Position numbers and translations under genes: made by a program
Notes under the pieces: generated by a model
What the model was told of the DNA's origin: nothing
Databases searched by the model: none
What the model saw: only the letters and a program-made list of their open reading frames with translations
Shown here: piece after piece, positions 27,401 to 36,240 of the stretch
Numbering within the stretch: the first letter of the stretch is position 1
Layout: the number at the start of each line of letters is the position of its first letter
IMG/VR virus record: IMGVR_UViG_3300037487_002113
Length of the DNA: 64,000 nucleotides
Strand: one strand, 5' to 3'
Source: an uncultured virus (IMG/VR IMGVR_UViG_3300037487_002113)
Lineage: Duplodnaviria > Heunggongvirae > Uroviricota > Caudoviricetes

Positions 27401-29187
27401 GCAAAATCGAAGAGATGCGCAGGAAGCTGCTGGCCAAGAACGGAAAGCAGGAGGCGATCAAAGCGATCGACTCCTACGACCGCATGACGAAGCTGCGTCG
27501 CGACGCTGAAGGTCGCGACGTCTCGTCTCTACTCGACGCCGTCGCGTCGCGCGGCAAGGGCACGTCGTTCGTCGACTGGGTCGACGCGGCTATCTTCCGG
27601 GTCACGGAGCTTTACCCGGAGTTCTCGCGTCTGATCTACAACATGACCATCGTGCAGGCCGACGGGCTGCGCACCTGCGCGCTCGACTCGGCCGCGCGGC
27701 TCTACATCGACCCCATCCTCAAGGACGGGTTCGATGACATCCCTGGCTACACGTTCGGAGAGCTGTCGTACGTGCTCGCGCACGAGTGCCTGCACTGGAT
27801 GGAGGAGCACTTCGACAGGTCGCTGGCGATCGGCGCGACGGGCATGACGGCCAACATCGGAGCCGACTTGGAGATCGAGTCGAATCTGATCGATGACGTG
27901 AAGCTCTACGGAGCCTATCGCGAGCGCGGATCACATGAGCGCGTAAGCGACTGGGCGCAGGTCAGGTCACCCAAGCCCGGAGGGGTCTGGTCCATGCCGA
28001 AGTACGCGCGCTGGCCGCGCGGAAAGACCTTCGAGTGGTACTACGCGAAGCTCGTCGAAGAGGCCGAGGAGGAAGCCAAGAAGAATCAGCCGCCGCCGCA
28101 AGAGGACGACGAGAAAGACGACGAGAAAGACGACGAGCCACGCGAGGACGTCGACGAGACCGACGACGGCGACGGAGACGGCGACGAACCCGGCGACCAG
28201 GACGGCGACGGTGACGGTGACGGCGACGGCGACCAGGACGGCGACGGCGACGGTGACGGCGACGGCGACGGAGACGGCGACGAACCCGGCGACCAGGACG
28301 GCGACGGTGACGGTGACGGCGAAGGTGACGCCCGCGTTGGGTCCGGCGCCGGAAAACCGGCGCCGGAGCCCTGGAACGGCAAGCCCATTCAGTGCAAGCC
28401 TCACAAGGGCGACCACGGGTCTGTTGTCGACGGGATTCCGCGGGAGTACGAGCTGCCTGCGCCCGACGGGGACAAGATCCCCGGCATCACTCCGATCGAA
28501 GCGGAGGGCATCCGCAGGGAGATCGCCGCGGCCATCCTCGAAGGCGTTGGCCGCAGCGCCGGGAGTCTCGGCGCTCGGCGCCTGGCCGATCGCATCCTGG
28601 CAGTACCGCAGGTGTCCTGGGAGTCGCGGCTCGCCGCGGTCATCCAAGAGTCCTCGGACGAGCCGCGAAGCGGCACGAGCGACTACACGTGGGCGCGACG
28701 TGCGCGCCGACAGTCGGCCATACCCGACTTCATCATCCCAGGCACCGAGGCCAACTCGCCGAGCATCGCGTTCGTGCGGGACACGTCTGGCAGCATGAGC
28801 AACCAGATGCTCGGGTCCGTCAACAAGCACGGCGACATGATCCTCATGGCGCTCGACCTTGATGGCGTACACGTCGTTGACTGCGACGGAGACGCCTTCT
28901 CGCCGAAGCTCGTGCGCTCGCTGAGCGACTACCAGCCCACCGGCGGAGGCGGCACCGATATGCGCCTCGGCATCAGCGCGGCGCTCGCCATCGCCCCGCG
29001 ACCGAAGACGATCATCGTCTTCACCGACGGCGACACCCCGTGGCCCGAGCGCGCGCCCACCGGGGTGCGCATCGCGGTCGTGCTCGTCCCGAACACCGGG
29101 AACTCGAAGGTGAGCCAGGGCATCGTGAAAGCGGTGCCGAGCTGGATCACCACGATCGTTGCAGAGCCGCACGCAGCGGCGAGATAG
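27397..29187 (+). CDS. DUF2201-type protein: HExxH metallopeptidase + acidic linker + vWA domain
   Basis: LAHECLH, NIGADLEI; MIDAS DTSGSM, GGGGTDM, FTDG. Confidence 0.88.
   Translation: MSKIEEMRRKLLAKNGKQEAIKAIDSYDRMTKLRRDAEGRDVSSLLDAVASRGKGTSFVDWVDAAIFRVTELYPEFSRLIYNMTIVQADGLRTCALDSAARLYIDPILKDGFDDIPGYTFGELSYVLAHECLHWMEEHFDRSLAIGATGMTANIGADLEIESNLIDDVKLYGAYRERGSHERVSDWAQVRSPKPGGVWSMPKYARWPRGKTFEWYYAKLVEEAEEEAKKNQPPPQEDDEKDDEKDDEPREDVDETDDGDGDGDEPGDQDGDGDGDGDGDQDGDGDGDGDGDGDGDEPGDQDGDGDGDGEGDARVGSGAGKPAPEPWNGKPIQCKPHKGDHGSVVDGIPREYELPAPDGDKIPGITPIEAEGIRREIAAAILEGVGRSAGSLGARRLADRILAVPQVSWESRLAAVIQESSDEPRSGTSDYTWARRARRQSAIPDFIIPGTEANSPSIAFVRDTSGSMSNQMLGSVNKHGDMILMALDLDGVHVVDCDGDAFSPKLVRSLSDYQPTGGGGTDMRLGISAALAIAPRPKTIIVFTDGDTPWPERAPTGVRIAVVLVPNTGNSKVSQGIVKAVPSWITTIVAEPHAAAR
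28165..28322 (+). repeat. (GAC GGY)n Asp-Gly low-complexity tract with a 62-bp direct repeat
   Basis: 28165-28226 equals 28261-28322. Confidence 0.9.
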
Positions 29188-29205
29188 TCACCACCAGGAG
29201 AAACC

Positions 29206-29406
29206 ATGCACCCCATCGACGAAGCAATCTTCCACGGAACACTCACGGCCGAACTGCTGGCCACTCACGCCTCGCTGCCGCTCGCGCCGCCCGCACACTC
29301 ATACTGGTGCGATCGGATGCGCGAAGGGAGGGACGCGCTCACGGCGGCGCAACTCGCGGCTCGTGACATGGGCGCGTCGCTCGCGTCGCTCCACTCTCTG
29401 ACGTGA
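29206..29406 (+). CDS. Hypothetical protein
   Basis: AGGAG RBS. Confidence 0.55.
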   Translation: MHPIDEAIFHGTLTAELLATHASLPLAPPAHSYWCDRMREGRDALTAAQLAARDMGASLASLHSLT

Positions 29407-29449
29407 CTCGCTCAGCGGCAAGACAGCCCACCACCAAGAAAGACCAACT

Positions 29450-30172
29450 ATGAAAGCTGCCACGTTCGTGAGGCGTTCCAAGAACGCAAAGATCGGCAAG
29501 AAGACCTGCGCCACCTACCTGAGCATCGTCGCCACGTGCCCCAGCACGTGCGCGATGCGCGGCGCGGGGTGCTACGCGCAGGACGGCAACGTCAACGTCA
29601 CGGTCAGGCGCCTCGACGCAGGCGCCGAGGGCAAGGACGCCCGCGACGTGGCGCGCGAGGAGGCGCACCTCATCCGCACGTCGTTCCGTGGCAAGCGCAT
29701 TCCGCAGGACGGCGCCAGGGGCGGGCGAGACCTGCGCCTGCACGTCTCCGGCGACGCGCGCACGCCGTCTGCGGTGCGCATCATCGCCTCGGCCGTCGAG
29801 GACTACCTGCGACGAGGCGGAGGAGACGTCTGGTCGTACACGCACGCGTGGCGAGCCGTGCTGCGCCGCGAGTGGGGGCGCGTGTCGGTCCTCGCGAGCA
29901 TGGAGGACGCTCGCGAGGTGGCCGCAGCGCGCAAGCGCGGGTACGCCCCTGCGCTTGTCGTCGCACATCACGACTCCAGCCGCGCGCACAAGCTGCCGGG
30001 GTCCGACGTGCTGTGGATTCCGTGTCCGTCGCAGGTCAGGGACACCACGTGCGACCGATGCCGCCTGTGCATGAACGCGGACAAGCTGCTCAGCTCTGGC
30101 CGCGGCATCACGTTCGCGGCGCACGGCTCGCGGACCAAGACGATCAAGCGACGGCTCAGCGTCATCCAGTAG
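29450..30172 (+). CDS. Cys-rich phage protein, Gp88/DUF7227-like
   Basis: N.K.G...TCPSTC.....CYA, RLHVSGD, SYTH, CP......CxxCxLC, F.AHG. Confidence 0.7.
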   Translation: MKAATFVRRSKNAKIGKKTCATYLSIVATCPSTCAMRGAGCYAQDGNVNVTVRRLDAGAEGKDARDVAREEAHLIRTSFRGKRIPQDGARGGRDLRLHVSGDARTPSAVRIIASAVEDYLRRGGGDVWSYTHAWRAVLRREWGRVSVLASMEDAREVAAARKRGYAPALVVAHHDSSRAHKLPGSDVLWIPCPSQVRDTTCDRCRLCMNADKLLSSGRGITFAAHGSRTKTIKRRLSVIQ

Positions 30173-30198
30173 CTCGACCACCACAGAAAGACACGACC

Positions 30199-30573
30199 AT
30201 GACCACCGAAGACGACAACATCACAGACGAGGCCGAGTGCCTCGCGGCAGTCGAGGTGAGGCTCGCCGAGGAGGCGCTCGCCAAGGCGCAGGCATCACTC
30301 GCTGCCGCGCGCGCCAAGGCGGCCAGGCGCGCCAAGGTGTGCGCGGACCTGCGCGCCGCTGCGCAGCTGGTGCGCGATGCGCTCTGCGATGCGCTGAATG
30401 CGCGCGAGGAGTCTCTTGAGCTGATCGACACAGACGGCACGGGCTTCTGGGACGACGACGACCGTAACGGATACTGGGGAGACCTGCTCGAAGCTGCGGA
30501 CAACGCCTACGACGCAGAAAAGGCGGCCATCGCGCTCGCCGAGCACATCGAAAAGAACGGAGCGAACATCTGA
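30199..30573 (+). CDS. Coiled-coil hypothetical protein
   Basis: CA-rich leader; helical, Ala-rich. Confidence 0.65.
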   Translation: MTTEDDNITDEAECLAAVEVRLAEEALAKAQASLAAARAKAARRAKVCADLRAAAQLVRDALCDALNAREESLELIDTDGTGFWDDDDRNGYWGDLLEAADNAYDAEKAAIALAEHIEKNGANI

Positions 30574-31244
30574 TGACCAGCCACGACCAAGACTCAGACT
30601 GCGTCACCGACGCCGACGGTACGTGCACCATCTGCGGCGTGCACCATGGCTGCCCGTGCGAAACGTGCGGCGGAGCTGGCTTCCACAAGGATGACTGCGA
30701 GGAGACCAAGGCGCTGTACGCCGAGGAGCAGGCGCTTGCCGCAAAGTTCCCCGTCGGCGCGCGCGTGCGCATCATCGACTCCGACCTCTTCGCGTACATC
30801 GGGCTCACGGGCACCGTTGCCGACTACGGCATTCACAGCTTCCCCGATGAGCTGCCGCTCGTCGGAGTTCAGTTCGATGCGCCGGTGGTGTACCCCGAAC
30901 CACCGTACAGAGACCTTGTCACACGCGACGGCTTCTATGGCGACGAGCTGACGCTACTCAGCGCGCCAGCGTGCGACGGGTGCGGCGGTCCTCTCGGGCC
31001 TGACGCACGAGACGGAGAGTGCGGCTGCCGCCTCGACTCGGACGGCTGCGTCTGGACCGAGGATGAGGATGAGGACGAGGACGAGGACATCGCGCACCTG
31101 CGCGACGCGAAACGGAAGGCGAACGACGCGTTCATGGCGGCCATCAGCGCCAGCAGCGCGGCCCAAGTACATATACTGCGAGCGCGCGACGCCTACCTCG
31201 CGGCGGCGGAGCGGCTCTACGCGGCAGAGCGCCGCAGCACCTGA
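30573..31244 (+). CDS. Mosaic hypothetical protein (Zn finger + SH3-like + Cys cluster + coil)
   Basis: CTICG..HGCPCETCG; FPVGARVRI...GTV; CDGCG. Confidence 0.65.
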   Translation: MTSHDQDSDCVTDADGTCTICGVHHGCPCETCGGAGFHKDDCEETKALYAEEQALAAKFPVGARVRIIDSDLFAYIGLTGTVADYGIHSFPDELPLVGVQFDAPVVYPEPPYRDLVTRDGFYGDELTLLSAPACDGCGGPLGPDARDGECGCRLDSDGCVWTEDEDEDEDEDIAHLRDAKRKANDAFMAAISASSAAQVHILRARDAYLAAAERLYAAERRST

Positions 31245-31283
31245 TCTCACCACGACCGAAGACCACGACACAAGGAGACGACC

Positions 31284-32036
31284 ATGACTGAACAAGAGAA
31301 GATCCTCGTCCGCGTCCGCAACCTCCTCAAGCTCGCCGAAGGGGGCTCGAACGAAAACGAGTCCGCCTCGGCAGCTGCCGCTGCGCAGAAGCTGATCGAG
31401 CGGCACAAGCTCGATGCCGCGATGCTCGATGCCTCCGGAGACGAGGGACGCATTGACGAAGAAGAAGTCCGAGACTGCGAGGACCCGCTCGACAAGTCGA
31501 AGTCGAAGATCGCCTGGAAGGGCAGGCTCGCGAGTGGGATCGCACGCGCAAACAGCTGCCGAATCTACTGGCAGGGCGGCGCGATCCAAATCGTCGGCGC
31601 GCCGTCAAACGTCGGAACCGTCCGGTACCTTTACTCGTACTTCGTGCGCGAGGCGGACCGGCTCGCCAAGAAGTACGCAGGGAACGGCCGCGCATGGATG
31701 CACGCGTGGCGCGTCGGGCTCGCGGATACGATCGCCGCACGGCTCCGCGCCGCACGCGAGGAAGCACGCGTGGACGCGCTCGCCGAGGCGAAAACGGCAG
31801 ACCAGCGCGGCGTCGCGCTCGCCCGCGTCAACACCGGAATCACGCGGCTCGACGCGCAGGACAAGGCTGTCACGGATTTCATGGGCCGCCTCCGGCTGCG
31901 CAAGGGACGCAAGACCAGCGTCAACTCGTCCGGCGGCTACACCCAGGGCACCGTCGACGGACAACACGTGAACATCGCCAACGGCAGCGCGGCTCTCGGC
32001 GCCGGGGCGCGGGCACGCGTCGGCGCGTCGCTGTAG
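31284..32036 (+). CDS. DUF2786-domain protein
   Basis: KIL.RVRNLLKLAE..NENE...A...AQKLIERH N-terminus. Confidence 0.85.
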   Translation: MTEQEKILVRVRNLLKLAEGGSNENESASAAAAAQKLIERHKLDAAMLDASGDEGRIDEEEVRDCEDPLDKSKSKIAWKGRLASGIARANSCRIYWQGGAIQIVGAPSNVGTVRYLYSYFVREADRLAKKYAGNGRAWMHAWRVGLADTIAARLRAAREEARVDALAEAKTADQRGVALARVNTGITRLDAQDKAVTDFMGRLRLRKGRKTSVNSSGGYTQGTVDGQHVNIANGSAALGAGARARVGASL

Positions 32037-32056
32037 ACAACCAGAAGGAGCGATCC

Positions 32057-32242
32057 ATGACCACCAAGACCACCGACACGACCAACGGCTACTACTACGC
32101 GCGCAGCGACACCAGAAGCGTCGGCTGCGTCCACAAGCACCGCACGGAAGCCGCCGCGCGCAAGTGCGCGAAGGCCATGCGCTGCCCCGCGCACGCGGTG
32201 TTCGTCGACGCCGCGTCCGCTCGCGCAGCTGAGTCTCCGTGA
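32057..32242 (+). CDS. Small protein with C.H.HRT..AA..C motif
   Basis: AAGGAG RBS. Confidence 0.65.
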   Translation: MTTKTTDTTNGYYYARSDTRSVGCVHKHRTEAAARKCAKAMRCPAHAVFVDAASARAAESP

Positions 32243-32643
32243 CCAAGCGCGAAGACGTCTGGAGCGAGCTGGCGGAACGCGGGTTCGTCTGCGTCTACGA
32301 CGGCGAGTACGGACCCGACCTAAACGCCGACGCCGCGCTTCTGTTCACGTTCTACCCGCGCCTGATGCAGAAGCATCTCAACGGCATCTGGTGTCACGCG
32401 CCGGGAATGGCGCTTATCAGGGCGTTCCGGCGCGCGCGGACGCACGGCTGCGAAGCTCGCCCGGCCACCCAGCGCATCGCGGCGGCATTCTCCGAGCCGT
32501 CTGTAATCGCGCTCGTGGCTTCGGTCGGAGTGGAGGGTGCCGCGCGGCACATATTCGACGCGGCGATCGAAGGGGCGGCCGAGTTGTCGCTGGCGGCAAC
32601 GAAGCAATCATGGCAGCAGAACGGAAATGATGACAGAGGATAA
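32239..32643 (+). CDS. Hypothetical protein, paralog pair D copy 1
   Basis: L..RG...WCH.PG...A.RR...FSE.S..AL.AS.GV shared with 32627. Confidence 0.65.
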   Translation: MTKREDVWSELAERGFVCVYDGEYGPDLNADAALLFTFYPRLMQKHLNGIWCHAPGMALIRAFRRARTHGCEARPATQRIAAAFSEPSVIALVASVGVEGAARHIFDAAIEGAAELSLAATKQSWQQNGNDDRG

Positions 32644-33046
32644 GGCGCGCGAAGATCTGCGCAGTCGCGGATACGCCATCGCGTACACCATCCCGTGGCC
32701 CAAGGGGATGCCGGACGAAAAGTCCCTTCACAAGTCATTCCCATCCATGTTCGTCGTCTTCCAGGCGTGGGCGTGGTGCCATCGTCCTGGCGAGGTGATC
32801 CTCAAAGCCATACGGCGCATCGTCGACGCCTCGAACGACAAGCACAAGGTCACCGACGCGCGCAAAGCGTCGGTGCAACGAGAGGCGATCGTTGCCATCA
32901 AAACGGAGTTCAGCGAAGACTCCATTCGCGCGCTAACCGCATCGCGCGGGGTGGTCGAATCGGCGGAGATCGTGGCCGAGAGGGCAATAGCCAGGATGGA
33001 CATGATGCGAACCGGAAAGAGGCCACGAGGAGGGACAGAGCCGTGA
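32627..33046 (+). CDS. Hypothetical protein, paralog pair D copy 2
   Basis: Shares the motif with 32239. Confidence 0.65.
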   Translation: MMTEDKAREDLRSRGYAIAYTIPWPKGMPDEKSLHKSFPSMFVVFQAWAWCHRPGEVILKAIRRIVDASNDKHKVTDARKASVQREAIVAIKTEFSEDSIRALTASRGVVESAEIVAERAIARMDMMRTGKRPRGGTEP

Positions 33047-33243
33047 CGAAGACGAACATGGGCCTCGCAGGCAAGATCGCGCGAGGCGTCACGCGCCTGT
33101 TCTTGGGCGGGGCGATGGGGGCCTCGACGCCGTGGACCAGCAGCAAGACCACCAAAGAGAGCGCCATCGCGCTCGCAAGAATGAATCCGGACCAGCGCAG
33201 GGACCTCTTGCGTATGGCCGCCATCAACAAGGAGCACGTATGA
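33043..33243 (+). CDS. Hypothetical protein
   Basis: GTGA/ATGA overlaps. Confidence 0.5.
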   Translation: MTKTNMGLAGKIARGVTRLFLGGAMGASTPWTSSKTTKESAIALARMNPDQRRDLLRMAAINKEHV

Positions 33244-33569
33244 AGATCGCTAACTCACGCTCACTGTTCAGCCACGTTCACAGCAGCGCTCTCGACGCCG
33301 CGTCCGCGGCCGCGTTCACGAAAAAGGCCGGTGCCCGCGTTGGGCCCGGCGATGAGCTGCGGCTCTATGTAGACAAGGACGGCGTCCCGGCGCAGGCGCT
33401 GCTCATTCGGTGCAAAGACGAATGCGCTGTGGCGTACAGCGAGGAGTCGGGGTTTCTGTGGGGCATGCTCGTGGAGATCGGGTCACGCGCCATCCTGGTG
33501 GGCGACGGAGATCCACACGTCATCATCGACCTGCAAGACCTGTCCTTCACCTGCGAGCGCGTGTCATGA
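33240..33569 (+). CDS. Hypothetical protein
   Basis: AAGGAG RBS. Confidence 0.6.
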   Translation: MKIANSRSLFSHVHSSALDAASAAAFTKKAGARVGPGDELRLYVDKDGVPAQALLIRCKDECAVAYSEESGFLWGMLVEIGSRAILVGDGDPHVIIDLQDLSFTCERVS

Positions 33570-33832
33570 AGCGAAAGATCACGCTAGCAGCCGGCACGAT
33601 CGCAACGGGGCCGACAACGATCACGCTCGGCGCAACACACGCAACCGAATGGCGCGTCACAGCCGAGCAGCTCGCCATCGTCTGGAACCGCCCGCTGGCT
33701 GAAATCCTCGCGCGCCTGGCGCGGCTTTCCAGCAAAGCCTCTGAGAGGGACCTTGCCGCGTTCGGCAAATGGCTGCTCGACGCCGGGCCGACGGCCGCAG
33801 CAAAAGCAGCAGTCAACACGACCAAGGCTTGA
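33566..33832 (+). CDS. Hypothetical protein
   Basis: ATGA overlap. Confidence 0.55.
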   Translation: MKRKITLAAGTIATGPTTITLGATHATEWRVTAEQLAIVWNRPLAEILARLARLSSKASERDLAAFGKWLLDAGPTAAAKAAVNTTKA

Positions 33833-33857
33833 TTTCGCTCTCCATGCTCACTATCAT
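33829..33857 (+). promoter_or_regulatory. Sigma-70-like promoter with ATGCTCACTATC box
   Basis: TTGATT-17-TATCAT. Confidence 0.65.
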
Positions 33858-33882
33858 CTGAATCACCAACAAAGGACCGACC

Positions 33883-34377
33883 ATGTCTGCACCCATGTAC
33901 ATGATTGCCACGAACTACCGCACCATTCTCCAGATGGCGCTCGACGAGGGGCTCGACGCCGACGAGGAGCTGAAGACGGCGCTGCTCGACATCCGAGACG
34001 AGCTGAGCGAGAAGGCCGACAACATCAGCTACGTCATCAAGGCGCTGCTCGAAGAAGAGGAGTCGCTCAAAGCTGAGGCGGCGCGCCTCGCGGAACGCGC
34101 GAAGTCGCGCGCCGGAAGCGCCAAGCGCCTGAAGTCGTACCTGATGACGAGCCTGCAGGGGGCCGGCGTCACGAAGGTGAAGTGCGCCCACTTCACTGTC
34201 AGCGTCGTCAAGGGTCGCGAGGTCGTTGTCATCGATGACGAGGCGAAGATTCCGGACGACTTCTGGGAAACCAGCCGCTCTCTCGTGAAGTCGCTGGTAG
34301 GCGAGGCGCTCAGGGCGAGCGCTAAGGTTCCGGGAGCGCATCTCGGGACGAGCGAGCCGTACGTCCTCATCAAGTAG
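33883..34377 (+). CDS. Siphovirus Gp157-family protein
   Basis: EKADNI..VIK.L...LKAE..RL.ER...RLKSYL...V.IDDE.KIPD..F...VPGA.L. Confidence 0.88.
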   Translation: MSAPMYMIATNYRTILQMALDEGLDADEELKTALLDIRDELSEKADNISYVIKALLEEEESLKAEAARLAERAKSRAGSAKRLKSYLMTSLQGAGVTKVKCAHFTVSVVKGREVVVIDDEAKIPDDFWETSRSLVKSLVGEALRASAKVPGAHLGTSEPYVLIK

Positions 34378-34407
34378 CCGCCTGGCGCCCACCAAGAAAG
34401 AACGAAC

Positions 34408-35061
34408 ATGAAGAACCAAGCACGGACCGCAGGCACGTCTCCGATCCACAGGGCGTTGAAGGCCGACGCCAAGAACGGGGCGACATTTCACACGAAGGCC
34501 CTGCTGATCGAGCAGGGCTGCTTTACGGAGGCAACGGTGCATGACTGGGCGTCGACCGGCGGAGCGGACGCAGATCTGCGCCGCGCCATCGCGCTTAGAC
34601 ACCAGTGTGTCTTCGTCGACGACAAGTACGCAGTCGACCGGTACGGCGCCGATCAAATCAAACGCTGCGCGCAGTCGTACGACGTCGTCCGGGCTATCGT
34701 CGATGCCTGCGTAGCGTCGCATGACACTCGCCTGACCAGTGCAGAGCGCGACCAAATGACGCTCATGGCCGCTCAATGTATTGCCGACATGGCCATAGAG
34801 GCGCTCCCGACCGCGTGGTTCGACATGCGCCGCCTTGCCGACGCGCTAACCGAGCTTGGCGCGGAGGCCTATGTCCCCGACGCGACCATGCGCGCGCCGC
34901 GCGGGCCCCGAGAGATCGCCGTTGGCAAGCGCATCGTCGACGCCGTGCGGAAAGCGTGCGAATCCGTCGACGGGAAAACCGCTGCAGCGTATGACGGAGC
35001 GCCGCGCAAGGGCGGACGCAAGGCCCGGATCGACGTCCCGTACCTGCAGCTGGTGAAGTGA
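34408..35061 (+). CDS. Hypothetical protein
   Basis: CA-rich leader; ORF. Confidence 0.7.
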   Translation: MKNQARTAGTSPIHRALKADAKNGATFHTKALLIEQGCFTEATVHDWASTGGADADLRRAIALRHQCVFVDDKYAVDRYGADQIKRCAQSYDVVRAIVDACVASHDTRLTSAERDQMTLMAAQCIADMAIEALPTAWFDMRRLADALTELGAEAYVPDATMRAPRGPREIAVGKRIVDAVRKACESVDGKTAAAYDGAPRKGGRKARIDVPYLQLVK

Positions 35062-35294
35062 TGGCAGCCAAGAAGACGAAGGAGACGACCATGCCAAAGA
35101 AGACGACTGCCGCGCAGACTGCGACCGAATGGTGGGTGGAGATCGTACCGATCAAGAAGGGCGGCGAAGTTCGCCGGGCCGGGCCGTACAGCAGCGAGCG
35201 CCTGGCCGAGCGCGGCGAGCGAGGCGCCATGATCAACCTGGACCATGAGCGTTTCTTCGTACGCATCGTCACAGCAGAGGCGAAGTCCGCATGA
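35058..35294 (+). CDS. Hypothetical protein
   Basis: Coupled; INLDHE.FF motif. Confidence 0.65.
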   Translation: MMAAKKTKETTMPKKTTAAQTATEWWVEIVPIKKGGEVRRAGPYSSERLAERGERGAMINLDHERFFVRIVTAEAKSA

Positions 35295-35938
35295 CCGCGC
35301 TCGCACAGCTGTTCCTGCCAGAAGTGCCGCCTCCCAAGCCGAACCGTTTCGATGGTTCAACCGACGGGTTCTTCACATCCGGCCAAGATGCCGACGCGCT
35401 GGTGGCGTTTGCTGACGTGCGCCCGGAGATGTGCGTGCTCGAACCGTCTGCTGGCGAGGGGGCGATCGTGCACGCGCTGATGCGCCTGCCGGCGCCTCCG
35501 GCGCAGATCGTGGCGATCGAGATGCACAAGCCGTTCGCCGACAATCTGCGAGCCACCTGCGAGAAGTATGGCGAGCGAGTGGTCGTGGTCAACGCGGACT
35601 ACTTCAAGGTGGCGCTCAGCAACGAGCGGCACTTCGACATCGCAGTCATGAACCCGCCATACAGGAAGTTCCTCGACGTCAGGTTCATCGAGAAGGCGCT
35701 GAAGGACACCGACAAGATCGCCGCGCTGCTCCTTTCGAGCAGCCTACACAATCCGAAGCGCGCCGCCGTGTGGAACGAGTCGCGCATCGAGAAGATTGAC
35801 CTGCTCGCTCGCAGGCCCGGCGCCTTCGACAACGGACAGGTCATTTGCCACAAGCCGATGCGCGAGTACGTGCGCATCATGGCCGCACGATCGGAGGAGA
35901 CCCAGCGCGTTCACTTCCCCGTCGTGAAACTCGCTTGA
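35291..35938 (+). CDS. SAM-dependent DNA (N6-adenine-type) methyltransferase
   Basis: FFT motif X, VLEPSAGEG motif I, NPPY motif IV. Confidence 0.88.
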   Translation: MTALAQLFLPEVPPPKPNRFDGSTDGFFTSGQDADALVAFADVRPEMCVLEPSAGEGAIVHALMRLPAPPAQIVAIEMHKPFADNLRATCEKYGERVVVVNADYFKVALSNERHFDIAVMNPPYRKFLDVRFIEKALKDTDKIAALLLSSSLHNPKRAAVWNESRIEKIDLLARRPGAFDNGQVICHKPMREYVRIMAARSEETQRVHFPVVKLA

Positions 35939-35962
35939 CACTCTCGGCATGCTCAGTATAAA
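35935..35962 (+). promoter_or_regulatory. Sigma-70-like promoter with ATGCTCAGTA box
   Basis: TTGACA-16-TATAAA. Confidence 0.7.
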
Positions 35963-35984
35963 GGACGACCCCGCGAGGTGAAGT

Positions 35985-36215
35985 ATGCTCAGTAAAGCAG
36001 TCCATGAGGCGCGAGACCGCGGGTACGTGACCGCTAACGATCTCGCAGCCAGGTGCGGAGTTCACAGGACCACGGTATCGCTCGCCATCCGGAGCGGGAA
36101 GCTCCAGTTCAAGAAAGTTGGTCACGTGTTTCTGGTGGCCCAGCGTGACGCAGACGTCTTTGCTTCTCAGTGTCAGTTGACCAAGCCGACAGCCAAGAAG
36201 ACCGCGCGCACCTGA
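35985..36215 (+). CDS. Excisionase-like HTH DNA-binding protein
   Basis: YVT..DLA..CGVHR.TV...IRSGKL...KVG. Confidence 0.85.
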   Translation: MLSKAVHEARDRGYVTANDLAARCGVHRTTVSLAIRSGKLQFKKVGHVFLVAQRDADVFASQCQLTKPTAKKTART

Positions 36216-36240
36216 CCGGGCGCGCAGCCAAGGAGATCTC

